64,000 bases of DNA from the NCBI GenBank assembly GCA_031835245.2, contig JAVKOQ020000075.1, positions 1-64,000 on the forward strand, written 5' to 3'. The stretch comes from Balamuthia mandrillaris. Lineage: Eukaryota. A program made the position numbers and the translations under genes. The notes under the pieces are model-generated. The model was not told the origin of the DNA, did no database searches, and saw only the letters and a program-made list of their open reading frames with translations. Below, piece by piece: positions 37,859-56,309 of this stretch (within the stretch, counting starts at the first letter, position 1; every line of letters starts with the position of its first letter).

Positions 37859-38187
37859 GCCATCTCTTACAAAACATAGACGGGGGTGAGACAAGAGGAA
37901 CAAAACGGATGCTTCGAAGACGAGGAGCAGCACCTAGCAAAGAGCCTACTCTATCTATTAACGACAAACGAAAGCTTAATCGTATCCTTTTTGTAAAGTT
38001 ATCTTTCTATACCCCTCTGATTTTCTTTTTGTGTTGATCATTAGTTGCTGTTTGTTCCTTTACTCTTCTTTTTTTCTCATTCTCAGCTCCGCACATCAAT
38101 TACACTCTTACTGAAGAAGAAATCGGACAAGACTTTGATATTCTTCGAACAAAACTGACTCATAGCGGTACTCTCTCTCCCGAGTAA
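37006..38187 (+). CDS. Sds3-like (SUDS3/BRMS1 family) Sin3-HDAC subunit; last intron U12-type
   Basis: RKKDVLASMQKIEKEFEDVKEQLFANKI..EGTHSLFLEK; C-terminal PHINYTLTEEEIGQDFDIL. Confidence 0.85.
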
Positions 38188-38435
38188 TTATGCCCTCAAA
38201 TACTTAACTTGCATGTGAAATAGAGAGGCTCAAACTTTTTGAGGAAGCAGATTCCTACATAGCGCCTATTGCTGGTTTGAAATGATGTTTAAACGATACT
38301 TCTAGCTTTCTCCTCCTCTTCTTCTTCTGTGTACTTTCGTTGTGCCTCTTTGTTCCTACATTTGTTTTTTTGATTGATAATCATCATTCTCTACTGCACT
38401 GAACTGTTTTCTTCGCCATATTACCAAAGATGAAG

Positions 38436-38473
<38 letters not shown>

Positions 38474-38506
38474 AGCATTTGACAATATCACTTTTCATTA
38501 ATCCTT

Positions 38507-39848
38507 CTACACAGAAGATATCGGAGGGCAATAGAGGCTGTAAGGGTTAAGAGGAGATGCATCGTTATCCAGGTTTAAACACCCATCACAAAGGGTCTTA
38601 CTTCCAAGCCTTTAATCACAGAGAGAGAGAAAACGTAAGAACCAAAAAAAAAATTGGGAAAGCAGAGGGATAAAAGGAGTACAATTTGCAGAAATCAGGA
38701 GAGCAGGAGAAAGCGACGTTTTGGCCAAAGCTTGGGTTTGGCGTCCAGTAAGACGTTAGCAGCAGCGGATAGTCAAAGCACACCGTCTCAATTGGAATGC
38801 CTTGCCCGTCTGTAGTGTGTGTGTGTGTGTGTTTGTTCAAACGGTTTTTTTTTGTTTTTCATTGGCATGGGAGTGAGACGCATGTAACAATGAAGGGGAG
38901 AGGCGGAACAAAGGGAGGGGTAATGGCAGTGATAAGTGCGGCAGCAAATAGAACAAACCAGGTATGTGCAGGGAATAGTGTGAAACTAAGGAACGGGTGA
39001 AGTACAGGACTAGTGCCTCAAGCGGGCTCTTCCGGTCCAAAGAGATCTCGAGAATACCGTTAAACACAGCGCCTGGGCATAGCTCGTCCACAGCCAGTTC
39101 TTCTTCCGTTCTGTACTCGGTGTGCAAAGCAGCTTTTTTTTTGAACACCATAAGAAACAAGAGACCAAGCAACACCAACCAGAGAGAAGAATAAGATGGC
39201 ATATGGCACCAAAAGAACCCAAGGGAGAGGATCCCAACCAAAAAAAAAAAAAGAGGCGGAGCGGTAGTCGTAATACAAACCATCAAGCAAAATAGGACTT
39301 GCGCTGTCCACAAACTTGGTAATGCATAGCGGACCTGTACGTCACAGATAAACGCAAACATGTAAGCAAAAAGGGTAGAGCAGAAGCCAACAAGGCAAGA
39401 AAGTTGTCAACAGAAGGGTTTGCGTACCGCCTCCTTGGTCTCCTCTCCAGTTATTTTCCGCGGTAGTTGGAAACTCGTTGAAGCGAAGTGATGATTGCTC
39501 GTGCGTAAAGCTTTGAACAGCGATAATGCCTCCCCTATAACTTCCTACCACCTGCCGAGAAAGATCAACGGGGATGCCATTCAGTTGGTCCTGGTAAACG
39601 CTTCCCGCAAGGACTACTGATTGGAATGTGTTTCTCTTTCCAGTGTGACCCTTCACCATGCTGGAAAGTCTTTTCATGTGATTCAAGGTGTGATTTCGGA
39701 GCTGCTGGTCAGTCGCTCTTCTTCCTTCATGAGTTGATGCGGGCGTGAGGTCAGCTTTCTCGAGATACAGGAAAGCGATGTTGGCCTCCACTACCGCCAC
39801 CACCCCAAAAACTACCACTAACAAACAAACAGCCGTTGCGGGCTTCAT
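38507..39848 (-). CDS. Secreted Cys-containing protein of unknown function; multi-exon
   Basis: Signal peptide MKPATAVCLLVVVFGVVAVVEA; later exons DGQGIPIETVCFDYP..FSCSPDFCK|LGSKTLCDGCLNL..SSV*. Confidence 0.6.
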
Positions 39849-40035
39849 CCTCCAACAAACTTCGAAAAATCTGTGAGACCTCCCTTCACAGATCTTTTAC
39901 CCCCCTCTTTCTCCCGTCCTTTCTTTTTTTTGTTGTCACTCTCACCTGTATTATTTTTTTTTGGTTTGTGCCCTTTCGGAGTTGGGCCGCGGTGTTCATT
40001 GGTGGGATTTATCGCCGTTCATCGAAATTTCATTT

Positions 40036-41426
40036 TCAAATACTCCTCAAACGATTGATCGTCGACAGTAATTCATTTTCGTGCTCTGCGTATCTCCACC
40101 AAAAAGACGTCGTTCTCGTGCCGAATGACCGCTGTGGAGAAAGCGTATTGCTCCAGCAATCGGTGGAGGAGAGCATCGGCGTTCTTCGCGCGAGACATGT
40201 AGGACAAAATAAACACAGAATCTGCTGAGGGAGAGAGCAGCGCCTCCACCGTCCGCAACAGCGGTTCGATGCATTCTGGCCAATACCTGGATATTTAGAT
40301 GGTTGGTATTGTTTTTCCATTTGGGCAGGAAGTAAGAAAGCAAAAGGGAAGGGATACGTACACTACATCTGAGCCTGTTACCAACAGGATTTGTGAGGGG
40401 ATAAAGATATGAGCATAAAGAACAACAAAAAAGTGAAGAGTGACCGAAGGAGAGGTGGGAATGAACCTATGATAACATCAAAGCCTTGCCCAAGATCAGG
40501 AACGCTGGCTTTGAATTCCTCCAAACCTTCTCCCCATTCTAGCTTTTGCACCATTAACACTCTGCCTTGGCCTTCTTTGGCTTTATGGTCGTCTACGTTC
40601 TTCTGCAGCAGCTCCAATACGTGGTCGTTGTGATCTGTCAGTATGCATCTCTGGGATAGCTTATGAGCCAACAATCCACATAAACCTATTTCCATTGTTG
40701 CACATTTTAGCATGCACAAAGAAACGAGAGAGAAAGCGAGAGAGAGAGAGAGAGAGAGAGAGAAGATGATGAGTGATGAAGTGAGAAAAGGAGTACCAAC
40801 GCCAGAGCCAACTTCCAACACATACTTATCATGAAACATGTTCTGATGGGTCACTATGTACTCACTCAAGTCTACACGAAATGATTCATTGTTCGTTTTG
40901 TACGCAGATGAGTCCGATGGGTCAGTGAGAGAAGGAGAATAATAACATACAAGAAGCGGCAGGCCACAACACTTGTCCCGTCAAGTCGTAGTCAGCTGTT
41001 TTAGAGAATGCAAGCAGTTTTTGTTCGTCAGTCGGTCGTGAAAAAAACGGGAATAGAGAGAGAGAGCAGAGAGAGCAGAGAGAGCAGAGAGAGCAGAGAG
41101 AGAGAGAGAACGAACTGGAGGCAGCATTGGAAAGAAGTATATCAACAGAGAACTCTCCAAACGTAAAGGTACGAGTGGCGTAGCTTCAGTAAACACAAGC
41201 AAATAAAGAGAGATAGAAGGAGAACGAAAGAGATCAATGTTTTTTTTTCCCATCGCAATCCATCCCTCCTCCTTCCAACACAAGCAAACCTTTGGTTCAA
41301 AAAGAGATCCGGGTCCCAGAACACAAGGTCATCTTCGTCCTCCTCCCCCTTCTTGCCTTGCTTCCCCAGCGGGTGGTCTTCCTCCTCGTGGCGCTTCTGC
41401 TTCTCTTCTTTCTTGCTTTCTTCCAT
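40036..41426 (-). CDS. Family-16 (METTL21/22-like) SAM-dependent protein lysine methyltransferase
   Basis: DYDLTGQVLWPAA, VLEVGSGVGLCG, ILTDHN, LEWG, FDVIIGSDVVYW. Confidence 0.88.
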
Positions 41427-41619
41427 TTTTTTTTTGTTAATTTTTTGTTTGAAGAAAAGAAGAGAGAGAAAAAAAAAGAAGTAGCGTTGGAGTAGCAGCC
41501 GGCTGCGACGCCAACGAATAGGAGAAAACGAAAGAGGCAGGGAGGGAGGGAGGGGGGAGAAAGGGCAAGAGGAGGGAGGGAAAGAAGGAAGAACACATAC
41601 AAGGGGGCAAGAAGGGAGA

Positions 41620-42058
41620 ATGAGAAGGGAGGAGCTGACGGAGTCCATTGCGCTGTTGACGCTGTATGGGGCGCTGGCTCTGGCTACGTTGGTCCTGCTC
41701 CTGGTCTATCGGTGGCGCAAGCAGCAGCTCTTTCGCCCGTCCTTCACTTGGAGGGAGCTCTTCCTCATCAGCTTCTTTCTTGCTCAACTATGTACTTTCT
41801 TCTTCATTCTCTCTTTCATCTGATCTCTTATCTCTCTTTTTTAATCTAATGAAAGAGAAACCACAACCAAAAACAACAAGGCCAACTGGTGTTCTGGGTT
41901 GTGGGACTCTACTTGGGTGAGACTTCGCTGGACAAACTGGACGCCCTGCCAGTTCTCCTCATTAGCTCCGTACACTCCCTTTTGCTAGTGGCCTTGTTCG
42001 TTTTTCTCGCTCCTTCCTATTGCTTCTCTCATGCTCTGCTTCTCTTTCTTGTAGTCTT

Positions 42059-42101
<43 letters not shown>

Positions 42102-45093
42102 CTCTCTCCCACCCTTTTCCCACTCCCTCTCTCATTCTGTGTTGAATGGAGGTAATGCTAAGTTCTCATTTACTTGACAGCATGAAAAAGTTCGTGTCAC
42201 TACGCTCAGACTTGCGCTACTGGAGGGTCATAGCCGTAACGTTGGTGACCTGCAACCTTCTTTGTTATCTGTCTTTCATCTTTGCAGTCGTTTACAAATG
42301 GCCTGGTTCGTTTTTTCGTTTACTTTCTTGCTTGAACAAAGTACTAAATAAACTTTTCGTTCAGAGTTGGAAGAAGAAGTGCTGAGATTGATACAAGCAG
42401 CCTTCCGAGGTATAACCTACGTTGTACTTGGTGCTACATGTCTTCTCTTTATGTTGCTTTGCAACAGACAGGAGCGCATCGGTCGTCGTCCTTCTCGCTT
42501 GGTACGAACATGGTGAAGAAGAAGAAGAATCAATAGGACAAGAAGAGAAAGAAGGTGAATTGATAGATTCATCAACTAATCTCAGTGCAAACGAAACAGG
42601 CAAATGGGATGCTCGTAATGGCCACTTTTTGCTACTTTGGACGTTTCCTGTTGGAGTGCCTCTTCTCATTTTGGCTGAAAAAAGAGCCAGACCTGGGTCG
42701 CGTGTATCTAGAGGGACTCTCGCCAGGCCCGTTCCCCTATATTGGCTTGTTTCTCTTTTACTTTTTGGGGGACATCCTCCCTGGCTTTTGCTTGTTGCTT
42801 GTCTACTGTGAGCTGTGGAACGTTCCCGTGTTTTGCTGTTGCGGAGGAGGCAGCCTTCATTCCTTCCACGTTATCAACGTACCGGGTACTTCTCGCAGCA
42901 GCCATCGAGGAGGTAGAGGAGGCCGACCACATCGTTGGGAAGGAAGGAAGCGTTCCTCCACTGGGGCTTTGCTCTGCAGCGAAGCTCCTTTGGAGGATGA
43001 TTATCTTGGTGTCATAGAGTTTGCGGAAGAGTCTGGAAGTGGCTTTCTTAGCAACAAAAAGTTTGTGGCACCAGACAGCAACTATGATGAAGAGGGTGGA
43101 AGAGGTTTTGTCTTTGAGCGGAACTACGGAGCGAGCGATGTTTTGTCAGAAGAGGATGCTCCGCCTTTGTTGATTCTTGGCAGCGCGCCGAACAATCAAC
43201 CAGTACATCCACCCTCATCTCAACAACGAGGACGACGCCCCACTCTGCAAAAAGGAGACACACAGAATGCCCAGTTGCCGCAGGCAGCGGAGAGGGAAGA
43301 CAGTGCCGTAACGAGACGGAGAGCTCTCTCTAGAAGCCGGCTAAAGGAGCTTTCAACGCAACCATGGCAAAATGCAGGACTTAAACGGATTTCAGAGGAG
43401 GAACTCACGCTCCACCAGGTGCTTTTTTCTTTCTTCATCCTTTTCTGCTTACGTTTGCATTTGGTGATAAATATCTCATGTTAATTGTTATACTAGCCAA
43501 TTGGGTCTGGTGGCTACGGTAAGGTCTTCCAAGCACAGTGGAAGGAAAAAGGGCCGGTTGCTATCAAAAAGTTTCACTTTTTCCCGGAAGAAAGAAACCC
43601 TGAACGAGCTCGCTTTGAAATAGAAGTTGGGAGAGAAATATTTGTACTTACGTAAGTGTTAATCTCTCGCTCTCGCTCTCTCGCGCTCTCTCTCTCTCTC
43701 TCTCTCTCACACGCACGCACACACATATACTCTCTGTTGTTGTGTCGCTAACATTGAGACTATGATTTCTCACTTGATAGAGAAGTGCGGCACCCCAATA
43801 TAGTACAGCTACATGGTATTACGACGTTGGATGGCAGTCCTGCTCTCGTTATGGAACTCATGGAAACCAATCTATGGGACTTGTTGCATCGGCGAAAGCC
43901 TCAAGGTTTTACCTTACAGCTACGGATTGCTGTCGCCAGAGAAATAGCTAAAGGTCTGCTGCTCTTCTTGTAACTGTTTATGCCGAATTCTCTCTCATCT
44001 TTATTTTTTTTTAAAAAAAAAAGCAATGCGGGTATTAGAGGAAAATGAAATTATACATAGAGACTTGGTGAGGATAATCTGTTTTTGTTTACCTCTTTTA
44101 TGGCCTTTGCTAATACGTTCCATTCTCTCTCATACAGAAACCACACAATGTATTGTTGAGCAACTATGAAGAAGCATTTAGGAAGGGCCAAGTGCCACCT
44201 GTGAAACTGTGTGACTTTGGCTTATCCAGAGACGTTGCAACTAAAATGACCATTGGCCCCACCACTGCTCGGGTTAGCTTCATGTTCTGTTTGTTCTTTT
44301 CCTTCTCTTTTTTAAATGTAAAAAAATTCTTTGCATTTAGTATAACGCACCGGAGGTACTGCGGCACGGTGCCTACTCCAAGAAAGCGGACGTGTACAGC
44401 TACGGGGTGGTGTTATGGGAGCTGTTAACAAACGACATCCCATGGAAGGAGCATCGATACGTGTTCCCGATAACTCAGCTTGTTGACAGCGGGCAGCGGC
44501 CACCGATTCCTCCCTTCTGTCCAGACTTTATACGAAAGCTCATAACGGCGTGTTGGTTGAGCGAACCCTCCCTTCGTCCCTCTTTCCGTCGTATCTGCAT
44601 GAAGCTCGCTCAGTTCTTTGGAGAAAACGAGGAAGAGGGAGGAAGTTCTTCCTCTTCTACTCCCTCATGTTCAGAGTATGTGGAACAGCTGGGGCCACTA
44701 GAAGAGGAGCGGCTGGAGTGGATGTTTCAAAAAGAATTAAGAGAGCAAGAGCAAGAACGAGAACAGCAGGAGGCCAAGAAAAACAACGGAGGCGGCGGTC
44801 GTCGTCGGAGCGGACCCGATGCTGTTGCCGCTGCCCTCAACAACAACAATGCTCCCTTACGACTAAACTTATCCCAGCAACAACAAACAGAAGAACAGCA
44901 GCACGCTTATCAACAGGGAGAGGGAGAGGAAGAGGGAGAAGAAGAAGAGGGCAGTGGTGAGCAGCAACCACTCATCGGCAGTCTCGGAGGTGCTGCCCCT
45001 TCCTTCAGCGACTACGACGAGATTAACAGTGGTGGGGGCGGCAGCATATCCTCCTCCTCCACTTCAGGGGGGCGGAGGAGGCCTCCCCACTAG
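41620..45093 (+). CDS. Seven-TM (TOM1/THH1/GPR137-like) domain fused to a TKL protein kinase
   Basis: About 7 hydrophobic segments (41620-42810), an open linker, then IGSGGYGKVF..VAIKK, HPNIVQLHG, IHRDLKPHN, CDFGLSR, YNAPE, DVYSYGVVLWELL. Confidence 0.82.
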
Positions 45094-45388
45094 AGCCTAT
45101 TTGACCTTGACCCCTTTCCTCTTTTTGCGTTGCTAACTTGTTTGTAGATTGTTGTTTTTTTTTTTTATCCTCCTCCGCTTTATCGTTATCATCCTCCTCC
45201 GCTTTATCCTCCGCTTTATCATCATGGTCATCCTCCTCAGCAGCGGCGGCAGCTTTATCGTCATCATCATCCTCATCCTCAGCAGCGGCAGCTTTGTTCG
45301 TTAAAAAAAATTCCACACCCCCAAAAAAAAAAATCCATCAGTAGCCGCCGAGGAGACGAGAAGAGAAGAGAGGGCACCACGGCAACGT

Positions 45389-49092
<3,704 letters not shown>

Positions 49093-49157
49093 ACTCTTTT
49101 TTTTTTTTTTGTTGGTTTGTATGTACAAGAAAGAGAGAGAGAGAGGGATGAAGTTGT

Positions 49158-50082
49158 TCAAGCACGAACAACCACAGGCGCCCTCCATTTGATGTAAAGC
49201 ACGACAACAGTGAAGGTGAGAAATATCACGATGATGAACAGAAGCAAGACCCCAAACACTATTCCAAACACTTCAGCATTGCTTAGGCCTGATTCTTCTT
49301 CATCTGGCTGTTGCTCCCATGTTTCGCTGCCATCTTCTCCATTGCTTTCGTTGCTGTTATTGCTGCTGCTTGAAGTTGATGAGGATCCTGTGTTACACCG
49401 GGTTGAATATGTAATCGCCCTTTGTTTAACAAAACAGAAAAGAAGAGTAAGCTTAGCTATCACGACGAAAGAGAGGCAATGGTACTTTTCGGCACAGAAG
49501 CGGTCCCATTTGTCTACGCAACAGGTGACGTCTTTTTCGCACACAATTTGCTGAATCTCTTCGTCGACGCAGCCACGGCAGCTTAACTCTGATGATGTTT
49601 GAGAGCAACAACGTTCAACAAGGCACGGCTCTTCCGCTGAAGAGAGAGAAGATAGTGAGAAGAAAAACGAAATAAGGAATGAAGGACGGCGAGCTTTTTT
49701 GGTGAGTTTGTACCTCTGCAAGAACCGCATTCAGAAAAGGCCTTGCTGACGCAAGTGCTATCCCAGTGACCGTCGCTCCTGCAACAATAAGGATCCTAGA
49801 GAAGGAACGAAAGTAAAGATTAGCGCCAGTTTGGATGATGACCTGGAGTGTGACATGCCTTGGCACATACACACGCCTCTAGATCTTCATCCTCGCAGTC
49901 GGAGCAACCCTGTTCAGCAACAACACAGCAGTCTCCTTTTGTGCAAGTAGAAGAAGAATCTTGCGAATAGACCACTGTAATGGATAGACCTATCAGAACA
50001 AAATGCAAAGGAATGTACTTGACAAACGTATACCTGATTGAAGCAGGAGTAAGAAAAACAACGCTGTCAACGTTCTCTTCAT
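49158..50082 (-). CDS. Single-pass surface protein with two Cys-rich repeats
   Basis: Signal MKRTLTALFFLLLLQSG|LSITVVYSQ; repeats CC..CEDEDLEACVCAK|DPYCC..WDSTC and CC..CVDEEIQQIVCEKDVTCCVDKWDRFC; C-terminal TM. Confidence 0.72.
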
Positions 50083-50346
50083 TGCGTGATGGGTTTGATG
50101 TTTGTTTTGCTGTATGCTCCTTTGGTGGAATAAATGTTTGAGTTTCCTGCGCTCCTGTTTTCGGGAATGAGGCTAAGCGGTCGCTACGCAACTTAACCAA
50201 AAGTTTTTTTCCTTCCAAGGTAAGAGTTTTAGGTTTGGTGACCATAGTGATGATCAGCGTTAGTAGTTGTTATGGCGATATATTCCTTTGTTCTCTCTGA
50301 GATGTTTCTGTTTTCTCAACAAACTTTTTTTCTGGTAAACGTTGGT

Positions 50347-50650
50347 TTATTTATCGGGTAAGTCTGTTACAAACTAGAAAGGTAGAGTTAGTTTCTTTCG
50401 AGAGAAGAGAGAAAGGGAGAAGTGAGCAGCAAACCATGCAACCAGGTGAGTGTGTGATAACCAAATCCAACTTGGCAGAAAGGGCGGCCAACGAGGAAGT
50501 GACGCCACACGGCCAAAACACGGGCTGCTCCCCTTCTTTTATGGTAACAGCATCTCCAAAGTCTGGTTTTGCAAGATCAGGGATGCCAAGTGCTGATGCA
50601 TCGCCATGATGCACCGGTGGTCCATGCGATGCTGGAAAGTTTGCTGGGGA

Positions 50651-50697
<47 letters not shown>

Positions 50698-51492
50698 AGA
50701 ATGTGGTATTTGTTAAAAGCAGTGAGAGAATACCAGTAATCTCAGCGGCCTTTGCAACTTGGTCTGATGGGAATGGTCGCATGCTCACCACCAATGGACA
50801 TTCAAACGGACCAACAGCCTCACACTGAGTCATTTCATTAACATACGAGGAGAAACGAAGCGAAAGCAGAAGATAGGAATAAAGAAAGAGAGAGATAACC
50901 TGTCGGTTGGTAATGTACATGGACACATTCTTGCGTTCAGTGATGTTTCGTATCTCGAGTCCTCCCTCTTGCAAAGCCCTTTCAAAGCCAAAGCTGCAGC
51001 CAAGGAAAAAACTGACCATGTCTTCCGTAAAGTATTCCTTGATGTCCGTCACCTCAGCCGCCAACTCGCCGTTTCGCCACACCCTGTAACGTGGTAGGTC
51101 CGTCCGCACATCTGCTCCTTTGGCAAGAGCCTTTGGCTCTGTCTCTCCTATTATCGGGCGCGAGCGAAGTCAGAAAATAGAGCGAGCAAGAAGAAGGGAA
51201 GTGTGGAGAAGAGGACCTGGAGCCAAAACCGCAAGCAATGGACAGGCAGCTGAGTTTTTCTTACAAAAGGCTTCAAACTCGGTTGCTTGGGCCTTTGGCA
51301 TTATTACAAGGCTACAAACAAGAGAGAAGAGTGAGAGTAAGAAAAAATTGAACAAAATGAGGTTTTTGAGTTCAATAGAAACAGCAGCACTCACTTGGCC
51401 TGTTGATACCCCAAGCACATACCCGAGGTGGACTTATCCCACTCGCCAGCTCGGATCTTTTGACGCAAGGCAGCAGGCGAAAGCTCCTCCAT
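50347..51492 (-). CDS. DUF1445 / D-glutamate cyclase-like (YcsI-type) putative hydro-lyase
   Basis: SPAALRQKIRAGEW..TSG..QQANLVI, DVRTDLPRYRV, FFLGCSFGFE, NVSMY, VVSMRP, HGPPVHHG, PVFWPCGVT, ITHSPGCMFVTD. Confidence 0.9.
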
Positions 51493-51728
51493 CTCCTCCG
51501 CTTCCTTCTTTTCCCCTTTTTCTGTTTGGTGAATTAATTATTACTATTATTGCCATAAAACAAAACCTGCTGCAGTTCGATTCGATCCGACGTTACCACC
51601 TTAACCCTCAAAAATTTCACCGCGGAGAATTGGATTCGAACCGGCGGCCTTCCTTTCGCGAACAAAAAGAGAGAAACAGCAAGTGTTTCTGCCTCTCTGA
51701 GCGAGCGTAGCGAGAAAAAAAGAGAGCG

Positions 51729-52664
51729 ATGCAAGCAAGCAAGGAGTTTGTGGAGAAATTTGATCGTTGGACCACTCCGTTGGCCGGTGCTGACAAGGTC
51801 CTTCGAACCGTCTCCTACGTTGTGCGCTTCATCGCCACAAGCTATCTCCACCGCAAGCCTAACAGGTTTTCTTTCTATTCCTCCATATATATTTGTTTTT
51901 GTTTCGCTACTTTTTTTGTCACCTTACGCCCGCACGTACACAAAGCAAAAGCGAATGGCCCAAACGCTTGATGCAGCTGGGTTCCAGCTTCTCCGAAGCA
52001 CGTACCATACATAGGTTCGTTGGGTTGGCCGGCACGCTGCCCGGCATTTGGCAGAATAACACTGATGACCCACTCATTTGGTGGCTCAACTTTTTCAAGA
52101 CGTGGAGTATGGTTGTCTATTACCCCATGGAGCATTTGTACTGGTTGAATAACAAAAAGATTATTCGAACCACAAAGGTGCGGAACTCTCTTCTCTCTCT
52201 CATCTTTGTGGCTCTCGTTTGTTCTCTCTTCTTTCTTGTGTTTCTTTACTAACGTTTATGCACGCATGCTACAGGACCCCAACTGGCTTTCCAATTGGTC
52301 CTGCTTTGCCTGGGCTGTTTACATTGTTGCTGATATCATTAACTCTTTCTACAAGTAACTTTCTTCTTCTCCTTCTTTTAGTGGCATTTGTAACGATTCA
52401 AACAAAAACAACACTCCAAGGTTGCGGAAGAACTTGGCTGCAAGCAAAGAGCTTGCCACCCACAAACAACAATCAATCGAGAAGCAGTTAGCGCTGAGAA
52501 ACGAGCGGACAAGAATCTTTGTGGAGCTGATTAAGAACTGGGCGGACCTGCCCAACGCCGTCACCTGGTCCTTCGACCTGAACACACCTGCGCCTGCCAT
52601 TTGGGGCTTTGGCAGCATCTCTTCATTGGCTGGCGTTTATCTTTCATGGACCAATTTGGCTTGA
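51729..52664 (+). CDS. PEX11: Peroxisomal biogenesis factor 11 family protein
   Basis: GADKVLRTVSY, FSEARTIHRFVG, YYPMEHLYWL, ADLPNAVTW, GSISSLAGVY. Confidence 0.85.
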
Positions 52665-52745
52665 AGTTGAAATGAAGAAAGAAGAAACGGGTGTTCTTCT
52701 TTATTTTATTTTTTGCAGCAGTACAAATACAACGAAAAAGCAGAG

Positions 52746-52781
<36 letters not shown>

Positions 52782-52795
52782 CTAGCACAGTTGTT

Positions 52796-54785
<1,990 letters not shown>

Positions 54786-55062
54786 CTACTCCACGTTTTT
54801 AACGCAAAGACCCAAAAAAAAAGCACCTTTACTGGTCTTTCAGGGTTGGTGGTCGGTCGGGTTCGCGGAACACATCAAAGGCTTTCCCCCACACACCCCT
54901 CTTTCTATTAGGTTGGTGGCTTCTGGGGGGAAGAGCTAGACTGTGTCGACAAAAAGTAAATTAAAGAAAGAAAGACGAAAAACAAGTAGCGGCAGGCAGG
55001 CAGGTCTTCGTAGTGGGTTCAACAAAGGCGTAGCGAGCTGCTGGCAAACAGGAGGGAAAGCA

Positions 55063-56200
55063 ATGTTTCAAGTGTCGTCGTCGGAGGTGGCGTGGGTGGA
55101 AAAGGGAGTCGCTATGGACTTGCGTAGCGATGGCCGGGGGCGGTTGGACTACAGGCACTTCACTTTGGAAACGGGAGTGATCTCTCAAACGAACGGCTCC
55201 GCTCGGCTGAAGCTCGACACCACGGACGTGCTGGTCGGGGTCAAGGTGGACCTGGGCGAGCCCAAACCGGAGACACCGGACCAAGGCATCCTTCGCTTCT
55301 CGGTGGAGTGCAGTCCCAGCATTTCTCCCGAGTTTGAGGGTAGGGGAGGAGAAGAATTGAACGTGGAGTTGGCGAGCATTCTCGCTCGTGCCAACCACAA
55401 CGCGTTGGATCTTAAGAGCCTTTGCGTCATTCCTGGCAAGCTCTGTTGGACTCTTTACGTGGACGCTCTGGTTTGTCTTTTCTCTCCTTTCTTCTCGTTT
55501 TTCTGGAAAAAAATATAACTGTAAAGCAAAGGTAATGGACTCATCAGGAAACCTTGTTGATGCCCTTTCCATTGCCACAAGGGCGGCCCTGCAAAACACA
55601 ACGTAAGTATATTGCTTTCGTTCTCCTCCTTTACGTCCTTTTTGTCTGATCAGAATTCCCATGAAGCATTCCAAAGATAGAAGTAGACGAGGAAGAAGGC
55701 TTTGAAGTTTCAGATGACCCCTTGGAGTCAACGCGGCCAGACATCAGCAACGTCCCTGTTTGTGTCACCCTCACAAAAGTTTGTTCCCCACCTCTATTTC
55801 TCTCGCTTCTCTCAAATGGTTGGCTAAAGACACGCAACAAATACAAAACAAACAGCTAGGACAACACTTTATAGCTGATGCAACGCTGCAAGAAGAGCAA
55901 TGCAAAGGCGTTCGTGTGATTGTCTCCGTCAACGGCAAGGGCAACATCAATGCTGTACAAATGGGTGGTCATGGCGGCGTGTCTCCTTCTCTTCTCAAAT
56001 CCATTATTCAAGTACGTTTTTTACTCTTCCTACCCGTTTCGACTCTTTTTTTGGTTGCTAACGTCAAAAAAAAACCTCTGTAGGAAGCGAAAAGGATGGG
56101 CGTTGACATAATAAACGCACTGGATGACGCTTTACAGAAGGAACAGGAATACAAGCGGGATGGATCCTCTTCTTCCTCGTTTGGCTTTTTTCTGTCATAG
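55063..56200 (+). CDS. EXOSC7: Exosome complex component RRP42
   Basis: LRSDGRGRLDYR, TNGSARLKL, FSVECSP..FEGRGGEEL, LCVIPGKLCWTLYVD, GNLVDA, DATLQEE. Confidence 0.93.
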
Positions 56201-56245
56201 TAAGAAGAACATCGTTCATCCTTTTGTTGGTTATCTCCCTTTCAG

Positions 56246-56283
<38 letters not shown>

Positions 56284-56309
56284 GAAAGGGGATGCATAAA
56301 CGAAACAGA

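Noticed and set aside
40350..40362. GTATCCCT as a possible U12 donor in the methyltransferase gene
   Set aside because: The frame is restored by the adjacent GTACGT U2 donor, and the U12 consensus match is imperfect.
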